DNA from: Eledone cirrhosa
Taxonomy: Eukaryota
NCBI GenBank assembly: GCA_964016885.1
Contig: OZ024740.1
Span: 186,000,001 to 186,064,000 of the forward strand
Length of the DNA stretch: 64,000 nt
Direction of reading: 5' to 3'
Shown: positions 12,621 to 28,345 of the stretch, piece by piece
Numbering within the stretch: the stretch's first letter is position 1
Layout of the letters: the number at the start of each line of letters is the position of its first letter
Made by a program: the position numbers and the translations under genes
Notes under the pieces: generated by a model
What the model was told of the DNA's origin: nothing
Seen by the model: only the letters and a program-made list of their open reading frames with translations
The model's database searches: none

Positions 12621-12622
<2 letters not shown>
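12460..12622 (-). mobile_element. Diverged family C mini-element
   Basis: Aligns by eye to 59211-59346 (aaggaa.tgt.gtaaggaaccag...agtactc.atactt...ggtaatag); terminal fold-back gatggctatttctg...cagaaatagccatc. Confidence 0.7.
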
Positions 12623-12692
<70 letters not shown>

Positions 12693-15114
12693 AAGTGAAC
12701 TCTCCCCCAAAGCAGAGTTTAAATATGCATTTATTATGGCTAAAGTGTCGGTTTTAATACTATCTTTCGCCTGCGCATCCAACAGTGTCGTCAGATATGA
12801 CTCTTGTCTGTTGACCCTGTGTTTAGCAATACTTACTATTTATCAATAATAAATGAATATATATATATATTTAAACATTTATCCACAAGTCTGACTTGTG
12901 AACTACATATCTCACCAAAATATAAATATAATAAATGAAAAAATAAACCACTATAGTTTTGTTTTCATAAATGGAAACAAACTCTTCAAACGTTACACAT
13001 ATACGCGCGCAATTGTTTGGTGCTTTATGTTTTGTCGGTAAAGAACAGATTAAGAATTAATTTGTGAAATATATTTTAGTACGCAATCACGTAAACATAT
13101 GTGTTATGGAATGAAATAAAACAGTTTCTTTAAAATAATTTTCGTTGATGTCACGTTTGTTTGCCAGTATTTAAATCGTACTATAATATTCAATATTATT
13201 TAGGTGCTGACAACTAAAGATATTGGAGGCTGTAAAATATTGAAATATATTCTCTGTATCGTTGATTTACTGCTAATAGAAAAATCAGATGAAAAGTAGA
13301 AATAGTCGATTTATTGGATTTTATTCTTATCTTTAAAACCAGTTTGAGGTAATATTCCGTATTCCAGTAACGTTTAAGAATACAAATTCGAAAATTTTCA
13401 AGTGAATCATCAGTTTGTCTCCTTCCATATACAGAAATAATCACTTAGTCATTCATGTGATCAGCTACTTATATTTCAGGGCTTAACTTTGATGCAAATT
13501 ATCTACGCTTAGTGCATTTGAGATGATACCACTGATTGGAATCTTACAGCCTGTCGATTTCGATGACGGCTATGAATCAGTAGACGGATATCTATCTAGT
13601 CTTCTTGCTCTTACTTGTCACTGTAACAATTATAGTTTAGAGTGATTTGCGATGATTGGGATTGGCTAAGCGTTAGATTGAGACAGTTTGTTGGAATTCA
13701 ATTGTAAGAAAAGTATCGAAATTGGAACTTTCTTTACTGAATAAGAAATGTTCTTATATCTGCAAAGCAAATATATTGATCTACATACTAAATAAAAAAA
13801 GAATATTATATTCAGGCTTCATCCATATGTCCAAGATTTTTTTCCTGGTGAACCGAGCGAAATATGTGAATGTGGAGAGCTACGATATATTATATAATCA
13901 ATATTATATAATCAATAATTCACATACGGTATCATTTGATGTATTATATAGGCAAAGTAGAAATACAGTAATATTTTAACTTTCTTCATGACAGTTTCTC
14001 TAAATTCTGGAGGGAAAATACAATTGGACATTTGACTTAATAAGGTTTGCACATAGACTCTATGTACAGCATATCATCGACCTGCAGAATTAATCGATAA
14101 TACAATGTAATTATTGTGTTCTGCTTTAGACAAAAACTTTTGACAACTACGATCCTGTACGTCACAATCTTTGATTCTGCTTTAAGAACTAAGGATCAAG
14201 AATAGAAAGTTTTCCGTCACTTTCCTCTTATAGACATAAACAATAACCAACTTCTCGCAACTAGTGCAAACAGTCGTTGGGGTGCCACTCTAGATGTTTG
14301 ATTTTTCTTTAATTTGATGGCATTTCAGTGAGCCGTAAAGTCGTTATTGGTCCCCCATTTCATCTCTAAACGTCCAATCCTACATTAGGTTGAATCAGTT
14401 ACCGGGGTTTGGCTGAAAAGTTCTCTAGATCCAGCAGGTAGACTCAAGTTTTCAAATAATGATTCTATAATTTGTTCATAACGGAAAGTTCGGTATTAAA
14501 AATCAACACAATAAGAGTCGAGATTAAACTTACACACCTTATAGGACAATACAAACTCACTGACGCATCTGATTTCATCATGACTCAATCTGGCTTGCGT
14601 TTTAGCAAGAGAAAATGAGAGGAACGCAATATTTTAATGCCAGCTCGTGTATCAGAAAGTAAATACGTATTGATTATTTATTTTATATATTATCCACTGG
14701 GGTCACGGGTCGGCTAGTGCGTAGGTCCCCATTTGCGTATAATAGTGAGAGATGGGGAGTGAGAGTATGACAGAGGCAGTGATTATACCAGCATTGTTGA
14801 AGAAACTTATTTGGCACATGATGAAAATAGCTATCAAAGATAGATACAGTAAAAGGACAAATGTAGTGCTATATTATTGTAACATTAATCTCTACTTCTC
14901 TTGATTTCTTCTTTACGTATCACTCCAACGTGGCAACACACTCCTCTCGTAATCATCTATATATTTCTCTCAGCTCACAATTTTTCGCCTCTTCGTAGCA
15001 ATCTTTGGCGACTGCCTTCTGTCTCTGGGTGTATTTTTGCTCGACTTACATTTGGTTGTTTTAAGAGCTATTACTTGCGTTCGAGTCTCTAAATTATTTA
15101 AATAAATAAATGCG

Positions 15115-15116
15115 TA

Positions 15117-15171
<55 letters not shown>

Positions 15172-15180
15172 CAGCAGCAG
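15115..15180. repeat. (TAG)n/(CAG)n trinucleotide repeat
   Basis: Direct observation. Confidence 0.95.
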
Positions 15181-15929
15181 TATCATATGACCATCATCAT
15201 TAATATTGCGATAGATAACATTTCAATAAACCTATTGATATTCTAATAATTTTTGAACCACGCTACGTCATTTAAATGCGCTATTACCTAACCAATTGTA
15301 AATTTCTAAACATTTTAATAAAGAAACCTATAAAAATATGTAAACATCACACAATACTTACATTATCATTATTATGCAGCAATAACATGTAATACTTTGT
15401 TAGAATATTAACGAGAAAAAGAAAGTGTTTTACGTTTTTTATTTGTTTTCACTCCCAAATAAGGAATGCCTAATAAGTGTTCAAAACTCATTCCATGCAT
15501 CCGTTAATATATACTATGACTACATAATTATCTTGTATTATATTCTACTGTATCACTTGCCACTTGTATCATTTTCCACTTTTTCTCACAAATTAATAGA
15601 ATATCTTTGTTACAACCTATTGAAAGTTAAAACATGTAGAGCAGTTTTCAAAGTAAATTAAATAGTGATGTATAGCTAATATGCTGTGTAATATATGAGT
15701 AGTAGAGAACAAAATCGAACTACCGTTGCACTGAGGTCTGGTATTTTGCTGCGTCCACTTACGCTTAAATGTTAGATTCCATTGAAATATTAGTTCGTTT
15801 AAACACTGGATTCGATCCATCTCTAACTGTATCTCTTCATTTTATCTACCACCAACCTAAATTTCTCAATTTTTCCCACTTTTCCAGTCGGGTCCTTCTA
15901 TTCCCCACATCTTCTTCTATTCAACTCTC

Positions 15930-16190
15930 TGATTGCTTAAGTCAATCTGTAACCTTCAAAACCTCATCATCTCTATCTCTACCTTCTACAAAGCTCATAT
16001 GTTGCCCCACGTGCTCCCTCTGTAACTTTCCCTATTATACTAAAGTGACTAGCTGGCATCCAACGACTCAGGAGTATTTGCCAGACATATGGCTTCGAAA
16101 TGACTCGCACATCAAATGCTTTTACCGCTCTGTAGATCATTGGACACTATATCTCTCCGAATTAGGTCTCGTGTTGTATACCAGATGACC
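15930..16190 (+). pseudogene. Possible highly decayed CR1-like LINE RT C-terminal fragment
   Basis: ttctacaaagctcatatgttgccccacgtg reads FYKAHMLPHV followed by PYYTK, resembling the LYKxxVRPHLEY...PY motif; frame broken. Confidence 0.35.
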
Positions 16191-16888
16191 AAAATACCAT
16201 TTAAAAACGGAACAAAAACACATTATTTCTGTTAAATATCCCTCCCTTATTTCTCTTTAATAATTCATCACTATGAAATCTCTCAACCACACGATATACA
16301 CATATACACACAATAATACAGCACACAAATACACGTTCTAACATGAAACCTCCACTAATACTATCGTAACATAAATCCACGCACACACACGAACACGATA
16401 CATTAACTCACAAGACAGTGCGTACTCGCACATATTATCAACAAGTAACTACATGCATTAAAAAATAATACAAACACATTAAAAAACAGACAATAATACA
16501 AACATTAAAACCATTCACACGTACATACACATACACACTATGAAACATAGACACACACATACATGTAACACAAGAACATACACAATGAGTATGAAAAAGG
16601 AAATACCACACTCACTCAACCTACCATACACATGAAATCTATAGCTAAAGCACACATTGCTACAGAAGCACGTGATAGAGTCATACACATGAACACACTC
16701 AATCATACACACACATACATAATACTTACCAACGCATTTGTCACACAAAACCAAGGCACATATTCCAATTCACATGCACACACTGCAAACATGCAGCCAA
16801 TTAAACATATAATTCTTTGGTGAGGCAAACGCAAACACACACACACACACACTCTCTCTCTCTCTCACACACACACACGCATACACAC

Positions 16889-16932
<44 letters not shown>

Positions 16933-17721
16933 CACTAAACAAAAATGCAACGAAGCAGGTGTGCGTCTACTCTACATGCGTACATATACACACTTAACTT
17001 TTACAAACACATAGAAACACTTGCACACTTTTTTCCAACATATAACATGTAGCACGCATGACAACATATCACCGTGTCTCCTTGACCATCCTCCGGCGAA
17101 ACGCCTCTATTCTGTCCGCCGGGACCACGGGGTGGAAGATACATGGGCCCTCCTTTGTTTTTAAGAGGGTGAGATGGGCGAGCGAGAGATGGAGGCAGTG
17201 AGTGAAAGAGAGAGTTTAACAACACTACTATAGTTATATGTCCCAGAGTGAAAACTAAAGTAAGTAAAACAAAACAAAGCAACAGTTTACACTTTTATCT
17301 TGAATTTAAATGGTTAGCTAAACATACTCAAGGAATATATTGCCTTACAAACTTAACATATTACGGTAGCATTCCATAGCCCAGAAAGAAAGAAAAGGTT
17401 GAGAAAACTGCTTACCTTACAAACAAGATTATTACATAACATAGAACGATAGCATATAATAGATAGATACGTAGTTCCAAAACAATAATGGACCACACAG
17501 GCACTCCAACAGCTGCCATATACAGATAAATAATCACAAACGCTTCACTCTCAATTATCAACTCTTACTTTGCCCTCCCCATGAAACTACTTTTCTTAGT
17601 CGCTTCCAGGTATTTTATAAACCGCACATGTTTCAACTTATAGTTTTTCTTTCCGATTTTCCCTACCACCGTTATTTTCATATCTCTCATTGTTTCGTTA
17701 CGTCAAAAACTGTAAATATAT

Positions 17722-18262
17722 TTCTACTAAGAGTGAGAAATGCCATACTAAGAGTGAGAAATGAAATTTCGTTTTCATTTTGTTTCAATTTATCGTTTTC
17801 GGTATGCCTGACCGATTTAACTCACTCAATATGCAAATTAGGCTGCTCAGCCGTTAATTTTCATAAGGAAAGTATATACTTTCGAACGTTCAACTATCTG
17901 GCAGATGGGTAAACGGTGCTGATGATAGCTAACAAGCTTGAAACTAGTACATCGTTCCTGTGTCAGTGTTGAACAAAAAGGTGACGTGGTTGCCTTAACA
18001 CCGTATGGCATAAATTCAGGCTGTTCAGTTTGTTTACAAACGAACAAAGCGACGTTATAATAAGCGCCGCTAAACTGATACGTGCATATATGTATGTGTA
18101 CCTGTATGCATATGTATATATATATGTATATATATATATATATGTGCATGCTACTGTACGTCTGTATACATATATGTATGTACGTATACATGCATACTTA
18201 CATTTAAGTAAGTGCCATACTAAGAGTGAGAAATGAAATTTCGTTTTCATTTTGTTTCAATA
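17722..18262 (+). mobile_element. ~540 bp non-coding element with terminal direct repeats and one HHR (family G)
   Basis: tgccatactaagagtgagaaatgaaatttcgttttcattttgtttcaat at about 17741-17789 and 18213-18261; HHR between them; second fragment at 131-310. Confidence 0.8.
17912..17956 (+). ncRNA. Minimal type I hammerhead ribozyme, canonical core
   Basis: AACGGUG-CUGAUGA-U-AGCU(AACA)AGCU-U-GAAA-C(UA)G-UA-CAUCGUU; 7 bp helix I; palindromic ACUAGU helix III. Confidence 0.87.
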
Positions 18263-20282
18263 TTTCTACTTCTATAACTGTTAAGCCGATAGCAATAGCT
18301 GGATCTCTTACGTTTGATATAGTGTCCGTTTTTTTGTCTTGTTTTTTTGTTTGTTTGCTTTTTTTACATTTCTATAGATGTTGTGTTACATGTTGATTAA
18401 TATCAGTCTGTCTGTGTGTCTGTCTATCTATCTGTCGAAGAGAGAATATTTTGGGCATTTACGACCAGGTAATATGACTATACGGAGACAAAGGCAGACG
18501 GCGCATACACCACGATAGTCCGAGAGAAGAAAGGTGTGTGACTGTTGAAAAAGGTCGATCTGAGAGGCGACAGAATAGCATTCTGGGAAGAAGACTAAGA
18601 GAGAAGGTCAGGCACTAATAAGACAAAGGAGAATGAGTGTCAGAGGCAGAAACGGATTATAGTAAGGAACATTTAACGGAATGCCGGGAGAAATATAAAC
18701 AGCACTCATACAAAGATTATTTGAAATGGCATTCTGGGAGGACAAATTAAAATACAGCACGATTGTATATCGCCAGTACACGCGTCTCAATAGCGTGCTA
18801 GGTATCGTCATGCTTCTGATGTAATTAACTTCTGGGGTGTCTGATTACATATAAGAATTCTAAGTTTAAGTGGTGGGGTAATTTGTAGGTTCGATGTTAC
18901 AGCGTTTTGGGGAATCTGTGTAACGCAAGGGTGAGAACGCTAGTTTGAATTAATAAAGGGGACTAGCTCATGTTTCATAGAATTGACAGTTAATTAGAGG
19001 TTAACGTAAAATAGAAAGATCAAAGTGCAATGAAACCAACGTAAGAACTAAAGAAAAACTTGAGCAAAATTTTACAAAAACATACATAACAATAATGAAA
19101 TGGGATTTCGACAGTCAGGAAGTGTGTCATTAAATATTGGTCTTTGAACATTTAGGTATTTGTTATAGATACAATTAATATTTATTGATGTGTACATGGC
19201 CGGTGTTTATTTCAACACTCACTTATCCGGGTAATTTGTATTTTTTTATGGATCGGGTGGGTTGTTAATGTAGATTTTTCTCCACTATCCAGCCTTTGAG
19301 TGTGTCTTAAATTAGTACTTTTAAGAGCCACTGTCATTTTCGTTTGCGGGAAAATATTATAAAGGATTGTGTTGGTGTGAGATTTCTGTAGATGTCATTA
19401 TGTGTGGGTGTTATATATGTGTTGAGTTTCTGTTTCGTTGCTAAAAGTATAAATTAGATGGATCTTGCAGCTGTATTGTGTAAATATTACTTTGGTTAGG
19501 TAATTTATTGTCTATAGCTGAATGTTGTACGTTTTGGGAGTATCCTTATACCTATCATTATTCATGCTTTACTATACAGGATAAAGTTTAGCTATTTGGT
19601 TGATGCAATCATGAGTCATGGATAATAGAGTGTTTTCTTACGGTTGGTGGATTGTTATTGTCATCTGAGGGTTATTGTATTGCAGGTATCTGGTTTATGC
19701 CTTTAGTTGTGCGTGTAAATTATTTCGTTATTGCTGAAGGATACAAAAGTTGCTATCTAGTTAAGTGGTATCAGTGCATTTTTCTTTCTGTGTGTGTGTA
19801 AGATTACAGAAAATGTTTTGGCAATGTGACATGCTTAATTGTACCATTATGTAGGGTTGTCTAAATTCGTTCCTGTTTTTAGAGATTATATTCGTGATAT
19901 ATTCATTCAGGTGTTGTGTGTGATTTTGTGTGTGTATTTGGTACGCCTTGTATAAATATGTGTTTTGTAATTTGTACGAGTTATTGGTTTTCGTTGTCTC
20001 AAGTTTAGTTGTGTGTGGCTGCTTGTGCGTAATTGCATCAAAACTGTTCCTACTCTCCGGGAACATGTTTGAAGTTTGGAATGTGTGTTTTATATCCCGT
20101 GTTTATACGGAATCAAAAAATTGAGCCGATCCTTGTGTAGTGGCAGTTCGCATATTTCCTTTCTGTCAATCATTTTTAGGTCCCCATAAAGATTCAATTG
20201 ACTGAAATTAAATAAAACAGATTCATTTCTCATTTGCTATTGGAATAGTATATGTTTAACAGAAGGGCAAAGCAATCTCTAT

Positions 20283-20414
20283 AATAACTGTTTCCAATGT
20301 TGGCACAAGGCCAGTAATTATCCTAGTACATTACTGGTACTTTATTTTATCGACCCCGTAAGGTTGAAAGGGAAAAATAACCTTGGCGGGATTTGAACTC
20401 GGAACGTAAAGGGA
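20283..20414 (-). mobile_element. 5'-truncated Nin-like tRNA SINE
   Basis: tggcacaaggccag...ctggtactttattttatcgaccccgtaagg...ggcgggatttgaactc. Confidence 0.85.
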
Positions 20415-20588
20415 TAATAATAGTTTCTGATTTAGGTACAAGGTCAGCATACATACAAATATGCATGCATACATACATATATACATCATATATACATACA
20501 GGTCATTTGTACATCTCACATAAAGAGAGAAAATAAGATGCCTTTATACGTGTTAAATATTTAAATATCCTTCTAAATGACATATCTG

Positions 20589-20680
<92 letters not shown>

Positions 20681-20956
20681 AATATATATATGTATATATA
20701 TATGTATATATATATATCAACTAGAAATTGATTGACATACATATATTTAAAATAAACACATGAAACAATTACAGGGGATAATTTGTAAAGTGTGTAATCA
20801 CACATAGTTATGTAGGGAACTAATTAAAGTTTAACTAGAGCTTCAAATAGCATTCAACATGCTAGGGTCACCACATTGGCATGAATAGGAACGACAGCTA
20901 TAAATAGCAGCCAGGTCCTTTCATTGAATAAGCTCTACATTTAAGGAGCAGTTTAT

Positions 20957-21111
20957 ATATCTAAAATTAATTAAATTATATTAAATTAAGGGAGTCATGT
21001 CCGAGACATGCGCCATTTCATTGGAATATTTGAGCTTATTCTACGGTGCATATGGCGCATGTCTCTGGCATGACTCCCTTAATTTAATTTAATTAAATTA
21101 AGTTTAGATAT
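20957..21111. repeat. ~60 bp-arm inverted repeat abutting a TA tract (family H)
   Basis: aaattaagggagtcatg.c.gagacatgcgccat versus atggcgcatgtctc.g.catgactcccttaattt with a ~35 bp spacer; no HHR core found. Confidence 0.85.
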
Positions 21112-21176
21112 ATGTGTATATATATATATTTATATATGTTTGTGTATGTGTGTGTGTATGTATATATGTATATGTG

Positions 21177-21316
<140 letters not shown>

Positions 21317-21352
21317 AAAGCACCGATTCTTTGCTTAAACTTTAATCTGTTA

Positions 21353-21466
<114 letters not shown>

Positions 21467-23766
21467 CACGTATATATATAACGTCTCCTGACAGTTCACT
21501 AATGTATTTGTTATGTTGCAATTCTTAATTATTGGTAGGTAACACGTCAAGAGTATGAAATCTCATGAGATTCTGAAGTAGGAAACATATTTTCTTATGT
21601 ATTACTGATAGAGCCGATTGTATTATTTTCAATTGTGATGTAAAATTGCAAATTGTCCCTGTTGTAAAAATATGTTTACGAAAATACCTATATTAAAATT
21701 ATTTCTAAACACGCTACTCATATCGCTAAGGAATCAGTTGCCTGTTGAGACGGCCCATTTAATAAATTATTTTTTAAGTTTATAGGAAACAAATTTTTCT
21801 TCTCAACTTTATCATACTTAACTAAATAAATATTTAAGAATACGTGAAATTTTTGCTTCCCTTGAAGTCTGACAAAATTTCTTATTCTCACATATACATA
21901 TTCTTTCCAACAATGTAAAACTGAATATAAATATGTTGAATAATATTTAATGAAATGCAGCGGATTGCTAGACACGGCAACTTTCCTATAATATTAAAAT
22001 AGTTGTCCACCTTTATTTTCTTCGAGATCAGTATTTGCTGCCGTTCCTGCTAATTTAGCAAAGTAAATAGACAGTCATATTCAGCGATAAATTGATTTAC
22101 TATACACATCCTCTACATTGTATGAATCATTCTCTTTCTCTTTCTCCTTCTGCCCTTATCTCTCCCTTTTTATCTTTCTTGTGTTTGAGAAATCAAATCT
22201 TCAGTAGATTATTGCCAAAACTGAACCCAAATAGCGCTTCGATATAAACATATTGGTGCAACAATAAATACGTTTTTACTATTGTTTAAAAATAAGAAAA
22301 ACGATTGGACGATCTTAGCTACGTAAGATTTTCTTCGAGTTACTTAATTTTCGCCCTTGACACTTATAATAAATGGAATCCGCTACACCTTAGCCAAGAG
22401 AACGAGGGAGCTTGTTCGTATACGATCAAAGTCTTGATGAAAACTTTAAGTGGCTGCTCGATTACGTGAGAAAACTTGAACGCGGTCACTTGAACAACGA
22501 TTTGTAGCTTGCGTGGCTGTTTCGAGAGACTGTTTGTGTATTGTGGTGTTTTTTTTTTTTTTTGTTTTTTAGTCGGACTAGATATAAGAAAATCTATCAG
22601 CCTAGTGAACTGTTTTGTCATGTGTTGTTTGCTTGCCCAAGGTAAGGACCTGCTCACTTAATGTTGTTATTTTTAAGTATTTCAACATGTCATTATTGTT
22701 TTCAATAATGGTCATGTTTTAAAAACGTTTGACAAAACCTGCTTGTTGGGGTAACTGGTTGGTCGTGAAATAATTTAGCTGCGGAGGAAGTTCGCCTAGT
22801 ATCGATTTATGCTGTTCATATAGCGATTAGGGTAACATTTTTGCCATTTTATAAGCCTTTTAAACTCTAATATCCCAAACGGAGAGTACTATGAGAAAAA
22901 TGGTACAAAACCGGGGGAAATGAAGCAAAATGGGGAGAATTTACATAATGAAAGCTATACTCATTTTCACAACAAAAGACATCTCTCACTCACTCCATAG
23001 TGAGTGGTAAATCTCCCTGTCACATGGCGGTAGTTGAGAGGTCTTATTTTATCACAATGACATATGGCGTTATTGTGTGTGTAGCTCCAGAAAAAAGGCG
23101 ATATATAGTTTCAGTTCCTACTGAAAATAACAACTAAACAATAATCTTTAAATTTCTTGTGCGCTAACTGATAGCACAGCATAATAGTCTGTCGAAAGCG
23201 CAGAAAACCCCGCCGCAGCTATAAAGCGGGTGAATTGGGCACCCGGGGTCCAGTTAACCTTAACCCTAAAGTGTGAGATAGATCTAACCTAGTATAGTGG
23301 ACCATGGTAGCAAATCGTGTGGGCTAGGTGCCGCTGAATTGATCAATCCCCTGGGGGAAGGGGTAGTTGATCGCTGAGGGCTTCGAATCAAATGAAAGAC
23401 TCGCCCCTAGCATCGCGTTGGATATCTAATGAATCCGCCCTTTATGACGCGAATTGCCTCCCATACTTTTCATAGATACACTACGACTTCCTGTGTTTAT
23501 ATTCGGACTACGGTTGTGTTACTAGCGGGAGACTAACCTTTGAAAGTTGGAATTAGTTAAATATGAATTGTGATCCAGCTTTGATGAATTATAGAACCAC
23601 ACTCAAGGCAAAGTGCAACACTGGATATTGAACTCCCGCCGACCCAGGAGGGGTCACACTCGACTGCCAATGGATTGCAACCTCTGGAGTCAATAATCTA
23701 AATGAAAACCACGTGGCGGACATATAAATAACATAGCTGTCCTTGACAGGTTTGGCTGTGAGTTCT

Positions 23767-25075
<1,309 letters not shown>

Positions 25076-25090
25076 ATATATATATATGTA

Positions 25091-25121
<31 letters not shown>

Positions 25122-25132
25122 GTGTGTGTGTG

Positions 25133-25197
<65 letters not shown>

Positions 25198-25491
25198 GTG
25201 AGTAAGTTGTAATTACGGTTTATAACAATCAAAATGCATCGCAACTAAGAGCACGTCTTCTTCGCTACTCAGAGTTTCATGATGGTATCCGATAAATTGT
25301 AGCACAGTGTGTATATACGTATACAGATATAAGGATGTATATAGATAAATGTTTGTGGGGGTGTTTGTTGCTTTTCTGTACATATGTATGTGCTTATGTA
25401 TGAATAAAAGTATGTGTGTTTGCTTGCATTTAAAGTCATGTGGTTTACTTGATACGACGTTCTGCTAAAGGTAGTAATACATATAAGCTAG

Positions 25492-25567
<76 letters not shown>

Positions 25568-25571
25568 CTAG

Positions 25572-25620
<49 letters not shown>

Positions 25621-25624
25621 CTAG

Positions 25625-25695
<71 letters not shown>

Positions 25696-25817
25696 AGGAG
25701 GTGAGTTTTATTGTACCACAATAAAGCAATGCAAATATCGGATAAATAGCACTCGACAGTTTATAGGACTGGAGTATAAATAATATAAGATCAAAAGATG
25801 GTTAAAAGAGTTCCAAG

Positions 25818-25889
25818 TATTTTATTATGCGCATTTCCAAAACAAATATCATCATGGGATGATATTTGCGTTCTCATCAGATAAAATAA
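25818..25889 (-). ncRNA. Type I hammerhead in the inverted pseudo-LTR
   Basis: UUUUAU-CUGAUGA-long helix II (GCAAAUAUCAUC/GAUGAUAUUUGU)-GAAA-U(GCGC)A-UA-AUAAAA. Confidence 0.82.
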
Positions 25890-26606
25890 ACAATGAGAAT
25901 CTAAATTATGTTAATTTTAAATCTAACCACCTCACTAACGTTAAAAATGCTATAGTCAGTAATATTGAAAACAGAATCTTAAATCTATCCTCTAATAAAG
26001 TTATCTTCGACGCTAATGCCAATTACTATAATAATGCGCTCTCCAAAGCCGGTTATCCTGATAAAATTAAATACAGTAAAGAAACCAATCATCGAAGGAC
26101 TTATAGTAAAATAGTTAATTATGAACATTCCAATAACTTAAATAAAAGACCTAGATACAAAAATATGATTAGGTATAATGCTCCTTTTTCTCTATATATT
26201 ACTATATTCCTAAACTATTCTTTAGGGCCTTAGATAAATGCTTCCCTCCCTAGCATATCTATAGTAAGATCTTTAACAAACATACAATCAAATTCCACCA
26301 CTTCCAACATCTTCCAACATCTCTAACATTATCTCTAAACACAATAATAAAATATTAAATAATAAATTATATCCATCCAACACTGAGCGTCATAATAATA
26401 GCAATAGTAATCCCGACGTCAATGTTAACTCTAGGCTAGATTCAGTAAATTTAAATACGACGTTAAACGTAACTTCGTTGAATGATCATAACACCAATCT
26501 AAATCATGAAATTATAGTTCCTTTCGTAAATAACTTCTCCAATCCAATTCCTTCTATAAAAAATACAAACTGACTTGTTAATAACTCTGTTAATTTCTAT
26601 AATCGT

Positions 26607-27038
26607 AATTGTAATTGCCCTGTAAGAACTAAATGTCCTCTTAATAACCAATGTCTTGATAAAAACTTAGTGTATGAATGTACGGTTATAACTGGTATTA
26701 ATTATTTTACCTATTTCGGTTCCACTTCCACTTCCTTTAAAGCAAGATTTTATAATCACAAATCGACTTTTAAATACCAACTTAAAAGAACTAAGACGGC
26801 ACTCTCGGAACTCATATGGTCCTTAAAAGACAAAAATATTAACTATAACATCTCTTGGAGGAAGGTTTGCAACGCCTTTCCTTACCGGAATTCTTCCCTA
26901 TCAAGAACATATAATCTCTGCCTAGCCGAGAAATTTACCACTATATCTAATTTTAATTCTATAATAAATGGACGTACGGATTTATTTTCGCTCTGCTTGC
27001 ATAAATCCCATAGAACTTTCCATAAAGTATACAACTAA
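26607..27038 (+). pseudogene. PLE zinc-knuckle linker plus GIY-YIG endonuclease (Naiad-type), upstream frame broken
   Basis: CNCPVRTKCPLNNQCLDKNLVYEC...YFGSTSTSFKARFYNHKSTF...TALSELIWSLK...ISW...NLCLAEK...INGRTDLFSLCLHK. Confidence 0.9.
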
Positions 27039-28044
27039 TATCCCAATACCTAATTAGTTTAACATCTTCTTTTCTCAAAGGCTTTTATATCTTTTACAAA
27101 TATACCCATCTTTCTACCTTATTTCAGTATATTATATTATACAATTTACTCATTTTATGTCGTTAGAGGTCCCCTATCTTTCTTCTTTTTATCCCTTTTC
27201 CTTTCTTCCTTTTTTCTTTTTTAATTTCTAATCTTTAATCTGTAACTTCTACTTCTCAATTACTTCTTAATTCATATTATTACTCATTATAGCATTTTCC
27301 ATTTTTCCATTTTTCCTTATATTATTGGCCATAGAAACTATATTTTTTAAAATATATAATAATATTACCGTTAGAAAATTTTGTAAACATATATACTTTT
27401 TGACGTTAGATATTTTTTCTTCCTTAAATGTTCCTCTTTCTTCTCTCCTTCCGTGTTCGTATTAAACCTATTATTTACTTTTACATATTACAATACATAA
27501 AAACAAACTGAAACCCTAACTAATTCCTCTAAGTTCATAATCCATTCAATCTCTCCTTCTTTCACATTATATCCTTAATATCCTCAACATTTTTATTTTA
27601 ATAATACATATTAATAAATTCGCTTTTTTGTTGCACATATTATTAAACCTGTCAATATATAAACCTTAAATAAATACTATTCTTAATTCCTTTTTCTTTA
27701 ATCATAAACAACACCATTCATAAACCTCATTAACATTTAATTTCAAAATTTGTTTAAATTATCTATTATCTTCCAACGGTTTTTTAATTTCTCTGTGAGA
27801 TAATGTTTTCTCAGTTGTAAAGGATATTTCTCTCTCTCTATCACTCATTTCTCCTCCTCTCTCATCCTTCCTTCTTATACTCCTCCCACGTCATCCTTTA
27901 TTTTGTTTCTTCCTCTTCCTTACCTTTTGCTACCCCACCCTCCTTTTTTCCCAATCTCATATATCCATCTTACTTTATTTTTCATATGTTGATTTAAAAC
28001 TTCACTGCTCGCAAGTGTTTTTTAAGCTTCATATCATGTCTCAC

Positions 28045-28115
28045 TATTTTGTCTGATGAAAACGCAAATATCATCCCATGATGATATTTGTTTTTGAAAT
28101 GCGCATAATTAAATA
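28045..28115 (+). ncRNA. Type I hammerhead at the PLE 3' end
   Basis: tattttgt-CTGATGA-aaacgcaaatatcatc(ccat)gatgatatttgttttt-GAAA-t(gcgc)a-TA-attaaata. Confidence 0.85.
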
Positions 28116-28144
28116 CTTGGAACTCTTTTAACCATCTTTTAATG

Positions 28145-28212
<68 letters not shown>

Positions 28213-28250
28213 TATATATATGATATATATATATATACACACACACACAC

Positions 28251-28345
<95 letters not shown>

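Larger units (their letters stand above)
25694..28142 (+). mobile_element. 5'-truncated Naiad-type Penelope-like element with inverted 5' pseudo-LTR
   Basis: 25793-25889 is an inverted copy of 28045-28140; coding remnants YYNNALSKAGY, RYNAPFS, CNC..CPL..CL..LVY.C and a GIY-YIG domain; microsatellite flanks. Confidence 0.92.

Noticed and set aside
17831-17838. Octamer ATGCAAAT upstream of the HHR
   Set aside because: A single 8-mer in AT-rich DNA is expected by chance; another occurs at 31179 with no context
18440-20140. Possible decayed RLE-LINE (YWRYTIVL resembling YTWRHxxVL) and PLE remnants on the minus strand
   Set aside because: Similarity too weak to support without a profile search
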